Shown here one piece after another: positions 15,673 through 20,000 of a stretch of DNA of 20,000 bases; the stretch's first letter is position 1, and the number at the start of each line of letters is the position of its first letter. Origin of the DNA: an uncultured virus (IMG/VR IMGVR_UViG_2858553787_000001) (lineage: Duplodnaviria; Heunggongvirae; Uroviricota; Caudoviricetes); IMG/VR virus record IMGVR_UViG_2858553787_000001; one strand, 5' to 3'. Below the pieces are notes generated by a model. That model was given only the letters and a program-made list of their open reading frames with translations. It was not told the DNA's origin and did not search any database. Both the position numbers and the translations under genes were made by a program.

Positions 15673-15858
15673 ATGGAAGAATTAAAAGATAAATGGTTTA
15701 ACATTGAAGATATTGCCGAGTACCTGAGCATCACGCAGGATACAGCCCGGACATGGGTAAGAGATGGAAAGCTACCTGCTTATAAAGTGGGAAAGCGATA
15801 TAAATTCAAGCTCAGCGAAGTGGATGAATGGGTACGAGAGGGAAAAATAAAGGAGTAG
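15673..15858 (+). CDS. HTH_17 / excisionase-family DNA-binding protein
   Basis: 61 aa WFNIEDIAEYLSITQDTARTWVRDGKLPAYKVGKRYKFKLSEVDEWV, SD AAGGAG. Confidence 0.92.
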   Translation: MEELKDKWFNIEDIAEYLSITQDTARTWVRDGKLPAYKVGKRYKFKLSEVDEWVREGKIKE

Positions 15859-15865
15859 AACGGAT

Positions 15866-18226
15866 ATGAAAAAGGTACGAGTACACATCACAAAAACAAC
15901 CGTCAATGCCCCGACCTACAGTAACGTGACCTTTGAACCGACATTGATCAATTTCTTTTATGGAAAAAACGGAACCGGAAAATCTACGCTTGCCCGTTCT
16001 TTCAAAGATGGGAACGCTGCACTGACATGGGATGGTCAGCCATTCCCGGAAGAACGTGTTCTTGTTTACAATGAGGATTTTATCCGCAAAAATGTTCAGA
16101 GTTATGGTAACATTCCAGGCGTCTTTACTATCTCAGAAGTCAATGCACAGAAGAAAAAAGAAGCTGACGAAAAGGCCATCGAGAAAAAGTCCGTAGATGA
16201 CACTATTGTCGCAAGGGGAAAAGAGGCGGTAGCAAAGCAAGGTGAATTGGATAAACTGCATGGAGATTATGTCGAAGCCATTTGGGAAGCCACCAAGGAA
16301 TTCCGGGATAAATTTCCTCTCGCATTAGCCTATCTGCGCGACAAAAAGAAATTTGCTGATAAGATTCAAAGCATGACTCCTAAAGCGGCTAAAACAGCTC
16401 CAGACATTCCATCTTTTGATGAAGAAGATATGAGCATGTCCGCAGGTGAAGATCATTCCGAAGCGGAGCCGATGATTGAAATTGCAGATATCGAGGCGCT
16501 TTATCAAACCATTCATAGTGAAAAGAAGCCAGACTATAGTGCCTATCATTTGCTGTCATCCACTTCTCTTCCTGCATCTGATCTTCTGTCCACACCGATT
16601 CTCAGCCGCAGCGATACGGAATTCGCACGATTCATACGTGCACTTGGCAACCTGGACTGGATTACTCAGGGACATACGAAGTATCACTCTTCTGAAGGGA
16701 AGTGTCCTTACTGTCAGCAAACTATTCCAGCCACTTTTGAGGATGACCTTGCTGCCTGCTATGATGCCGAATACAAAGCTGATCTGAAAAAACTGTCTTC
16801 GTTTGTTCAACAGTATAAAGACGCACTAAACAATGTATACAAAACAGCTCATGCAAACGAAGGGAACAATTTTCCTTCGCCATTGCAGGCTGATTACAAG
16901 GCTGCTTTCGAGCTGTTTATGGAGAAGGCACGTACCAATGTGACCCTGCTGGAGCAGAAATCAGACAGCCCGGCAGATGTGATAGTATTGGAAGATTTGT
17001 CTGACCTTCTTGTTGAGCTCGACCAAATTTCACGCAAGATCAACGAAGATATTAAAGCCAGAAATGCTGTTCTCGCTGATATTCCGACTCAAAAGAAAAA
17101 ATGTACTGATATGGCATGGTCTGCAATCGTTCAGCGGACTCAGGTACTTACAAATACCTTCCGACGCAACACAGATTCTGTGATTGAAGCCATGAATTAT
17201 ATCAAGGCTGAAAGCAGCAAATTGAATGCAAAATCCCAGGCTCTTAGCAAAGAGATCGCAAAATTGAACAGTGAAACTGTCAACACCACTAAAACGATGC
17301 AAGATATTAACCGTGCCATCGCCAGTGCCGGTTTTAAAGGGTTTGAGCTTCAGGAAAAACCTGGTGCCAAATATGTCTATCAGCTTGTACGAAATCAGAA
17401 CGGCAAAAAGGTCGTTGTTGATAAGGATCTTAGTGAAGGTGAACGGCATTTTATTGCTTTCCTGTACTTCTATCACATGGTAATGGGCAGTCAGTCCGAT
17501 GCTGGAAAAGTCGAGGATAAGATTGTTGTAATCGATGATCCTGTTTCCTCTATGGACAGTGGTTCTCTATTTGTGGTTGCTTCCCTAACTCGTGAAATGA
17601 TTGCTGTCTGCTATAATAATTATGCATTTCATGAAGAAGTTGTGGATGACCATATTCGACAGTTCTTCTGTATGACACACAACCCTTACTTCTTCCGGGA
17701 AATTTCTTATAACCGCTTGCCTGATTATGAATGTGTATCCTTCTTTGAGATAAAGAAAGACACAAAAAATCAGACCAGCATTATAGAATGCCAAGATGAA
17801 GACACCATAGCCGGCGGCGGTCTTATCAACCGTTCTCCAGTAAGAAATACTTACGATACCCTTTGGCATGAATACGCCACAACGAGTGACCCGGATACTC
17901 TCCTGATTGTCATCCGGCAGATTCTTGAATACTACTTCATCCAGATGGTTGGTTATCAAAATGGAAATCTGCGTTCAGACTTACTGGATAAAAATGAAAG
18001 GGAATTCGTAAGAATTTTAGATGATGGCAGCGAAGATCGATCTGACTATGTCGCTGCTGCCGCCATGATTGCCATGCTGAATGTTGGGGCTACTGGCTTT
18101 AATGATGGACTATACTATGACTCATCTGCCACCAGTGTTGAACAGTTGCGTTCTGTCTTTGAACGGATCTTTAAGGTCATGCATCAGGAACAGCACTTTA
18201 ATATGATGACACGAAAAGCCCGATAA
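15866..18226 (+). CDS. AAA_13 / RloC-like ABC ATPase with coiled coil and zinc hook
   Basis: Walker A YGKNGTGKST, VYNEDF, hook CPYCQQ, signature LSEGE, Walker B/D-loop VVIDDPVSSMD, H-loop MTHN, C-terminal IRQILEYYF. Confidence 0.9.
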   Translation: MKKVRVHITKTTVNAPTYSNVTFEPTLINFFYGKNGTGKSTLARSFKDGNAALTWDGQPFPEERVLVYNEDFIRKNVQSYGNIPGVFTISEVNAQKKKEADEKAIEKKSVDDTIVARGKEAVAKQGELDKLHGDYVEAIWEATKEFRDKFPLALAYLRDKKKFADKIQSMTPKAAKTAPDIPSFDEEDMSMSAGEDHSEAEPMIEIADIEALYQTIHSEKKPDYSAYHLLSSTSLPASDLLSTPILSRSDTEFARFIRALGNLDWITQGHTKYHSSEGKCPYCQQTIPATFEDDLAACYDAEYKADLKKLSSFVQQYKDALNNVYKTAHANEGNNFPSPLQADYKAAFELFMEKARTNVTLLEQKSDSPADVIVLEDLSDLLVELDQISRKINEDIKARNAVLADIPTQKKKCTDMAWSAIVQRTQVLTNTFRRNTDSVIEAMNYIKAESSKLNAKSQALSKEIAKLNSETVNTTKTMQDINRAIASAGFKGFELQEKPGAKYVYQLVRNQNGKKVVVDKDLSEGERHFIAFLYFYHMVMGSQSDAGKVEDKIVVIDDPVSSMDSGSLFVVASLTREMIAVCYNNYAFHEEVVDDHIRQFFCMTHNPYFFREISYNRLPDYECVSFFEIKKDTKNQTSIIECQDEDTIAGGGLINRSPVRNTYDTLWHEYATTSDPDTLLIVIRQILEYYFIQMVGYQNGNLRSDLLDKNEREFVRILDDGSEDRSDYVAAAAMIAMLNVGATGFNDGLYYDSSATSVEQLRSVFERIFKVMHQEQHFNMMTRKAR

Positions 18227-18346
18227 ACAAGAAAACCGACCTAGTGGTCGGTTGCGAGGTAATTATATGCTGTTTCCAGTAGATTTTTTGAACAGAATGC
18301 AGTGGCTGGTGGATGAACTTTGAAATCTTGAAAGGAATTCACTGAA

Positions 18347-18538
18347 TTGAACTACTACTTTTGCGATGCCTGCCGCTACTGCTTCTCTACTGAGGAACTA
18401 CCTGATCGTTGTCCTGATTGCGGAGCACAAACCTATAAAGAGAAGTCAGCGGTACGCTTAGCGAGTAACAATGAAATAGCAGAATTGCTTAGAATACGGA
18501 AAGAAGATAAGGAGGACATACAAAATGAAAACACATAA
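18347..18538 (+). CDS. Small zinc-ribbon (rubredoxin-like) protein
   Basis: YFCDACRYCF...PDRCPDCG; TTG start with an AAAGGA SD. Confidence 0.8.
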   Translation: MNYYFCDACRYCFSTEELPDRCPDCGAQTYKEKSAVRLASNNEIAELLRIRKEDKEDIQNENT

Positions 18539-18716
18539 GTATTGGTCACTCGGAGCACTTGCCTGTATGGCAGGATGCTTCTACACCGGCTGCAAGAAAC
18601 TGATGAAGGCTCACAAGTATTTCGCTTGTGGCTCTCTGGTCTGCATGGGCATGGCAATCTACTCTGGTCATAAAATTGCACCGAAGAAGAAAAAAGCTGA
18701 AAAGCCTGAAAAATAA
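18525..18716 (+). CDS. Small membrane protein with an internal duplication (DUF6219-like)
   Basis: SD AAGGAGG. Two units: MKTHKYWSLGALACMAGCFYTG and MKAHKYFACGSLVCMGMAIYSG. Confidence 0.8.
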   Translation: MKTHKYWSLGALACMAGCFYTGCKKLMKAHKYFACGSLVCMGMAIYSGHKIAPKKKKAEKPEK

Positions 18717-18724
18717 GAACACAC

Positions 18725-18755
18725 GCCCTCGCCGCAACAAGCGAGGGCTTTTTTT
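18725..18755 (+). terminator. Intrinsic terminator
   Basis: gccctcgc-cgcaacaa-gcgagggc-ttttttt. Confidence 0.85.
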
Positions 18756-18782
18756 GAACTCCAGGAGTTCACTTTATTTCCG

Positions 18783-19130
18783 TCACAAACTATATACTTC
18801 CATTATGAGCCGAATTCCGACTTTCAGGCCTTCCTCAAAAGCGGTCTTCTCCCATGCACAGCACACTGTTCCCTGCCGGTCCATGATCTTCTCCCAAAGT
18901 GGAATCTTATCGCCGATGTAGTCATCTACCAGCCTATCCATACCTTCCAAGCCACGCAGCCACTCTTCTAGTTCCTTTTCCTTGGCCTTTGCTGCTTTCC
19001 CGGCAACTGTGTTTTTCTCTACTGGGTTGTTCTCCGTGTAATGCTCGTAGATCAGATCCAGCAGATTCTCCACTGGCGGGTAATACTCCGGCTCTGTTTT
19101 CTTCAAATACTCCTCCAGCATTTCCTTCAA
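18783..19130 (-). CDS. Hypothetical protein (DUF6809-like C-terminus)
   Basis: 115-aa ORF ending AFEEGLKVGIRLIMEV; start uncertain (19130 or 19121). Confidence 0.75.
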   Translation of the reverse strand: MKEMLEEYLKKTEPEYYPPVENLLDLIYEHYTENNPVEKNTVAGKAAKAKEKELEEWLRGLEGMDRLVDDYIGDKIPLWEKIMDRQGTVCCAWEKTAFEEGLKVGIRLIMEVYSL

Positions 19131-19217
19131 TTTTTCTATAATGCTACCATCCTTCCCAACCGAGATTCACATCCTCAGTTACGGCACATATTACCGCACA
19201 CTTCTGTACATAGCAAC

Positions 19218-20000
19218 CTATTTTTTGCGGGTTTTCGGATGCCCCATCTTCTCCTTTACTTTGTCCGGCACATCGATCAGCCCGAACCGATAGAACATTC
19301 CGTAGATGTAAGTCACTCCCCGGATATCGCCCAGAGCTTTCGGGCGGTCTACCACTTCTCCTTTAATATTCTTCAGCGCCAGCAGCACTGAACTCCACGC
19401 TAGACTTTTACTCTTCTCCCGGCGGTCGATCCACAGCTCTTTTGTGTACTCACCGTTCCTGCCTTTTTTAATTTCGTAAGAGAATGGCAATCCAGAGTAG
19501 GTTTTAAATCCTACCCCGGCATAGGACACAACCATGCCCCAGAAGTTTTCTTCTGTCGGATCAACCCTCCACCGCTTCATTGCTCTGTATCTCCGCTGCC
19601 GCTCTGCTCCGACACTGATCTTCCCTTTTTCTGCTGTGCTTGGGAAGTACACACCTTTCCGATATGGCAGGTACGAGGTGACGGAGGCTTTGGAAAGTTT
19701 CAGAGTGTTTGCAGTTGAGAGTATGGAGGTTTTGTAGTCTTGTGTTTCACGGTATTCTTGAAAGGTAGCTTGCACCTTCTCCGCCACTTCAGATTCATAC
19801 ACATCGGCCGTGATGAGCAGCTTTCTTACTTTGATTGGATTTAATCCCAGTTCTTCGCCGATGGCCTGCAAGGACATCTCAGAATCATAAAGTGCCACAG
19901 CACTTTCCATCTGCTCTTTCAGATTCTTCCCGGCATCGTACTCCGGCTTCAGCTTCTTCCGACCACCGCCTGGTTTTCTTGTTTTCTTCATTTTACTCAT
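19218..20000 (-). CDS. Hypothetical HTH-containing protein
   Basis: 260 aa with HTH-like SLQAIGEELGLNPIKVRKLL and ANTLKLSKASVTSYLPY. The ATG sits at the window edge, so the start cannot be confirmed. Confidence 0.8.
   Translation of the reverse strand: MSKMKKTRKPGGGRKKLKPEYDAGKNLKEQMESAVALYDSEMSLQAIGEELGLNPIKVRKLLITADVYESEVAEKVQATFQEYRETQDYKTSILSTANTLKLSKASVTSYLPYRKGVYFPSTAEKGKISVGAERQRRYRAMKRWRVDPTEENFWGMVVSYAGVGFKTYSGLPFSYEIKKGRNGEYTKELWIDRREKSKSLAWSSVLLALKNIKGEVVDRPKALGDIRGVTYIYGMFYRFGLIDVPDKVKEKMGHPKTRKK

Noticed and set aside
15673..15858. Excisionase as marker of an element end or att site
   Set aside because: No integrase, tRNA gene or att-like direct repeat is visible nearby, and the gene is embedded within an operon.

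Overview
The window covers part of a Firmicute (Clostridia/Lachnospiraceae-like) prophage or phage-derived integrative element. Positions 1-13.3 kb hold a minus-strand replication module: sigma70-r4 regulator, DUF4406-like, DUF2800 nuclease, DUF2815 SSB, DUF932, family A DNA polymerase, BRO/KilAC antirepressor, VapE primase-helicase, VRR-NUC and a partial SNF2 helicase. Five copies of a bipartite motif (GGTTATAAAA-N7/8-AAAATCTGGC) precede its genes. Positions 13.5-18.2 kb hold a divergent plus-strand operon of three hypotheticals, an HTH_17 protein and an RloC-like ATPase. Two things stand out. (1) The polymerase carries a 309-aa intein whose HNH-type endonuclease is not in the intein frame but in an overlapping +1 frame on the same strand, with both frames open. 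(2) The three hypotheticals share a ~22-aa Gly-rich beta-type motif (C-terminal in the first, N-terminal in the two paralogs that follow), an architecture reminiscent of RHIM/BASS amyloid signalling, next to an RloC-like ATPase that seems to lack the usual nuclease His. All family calls come from motif recognition by eye, not database searches.
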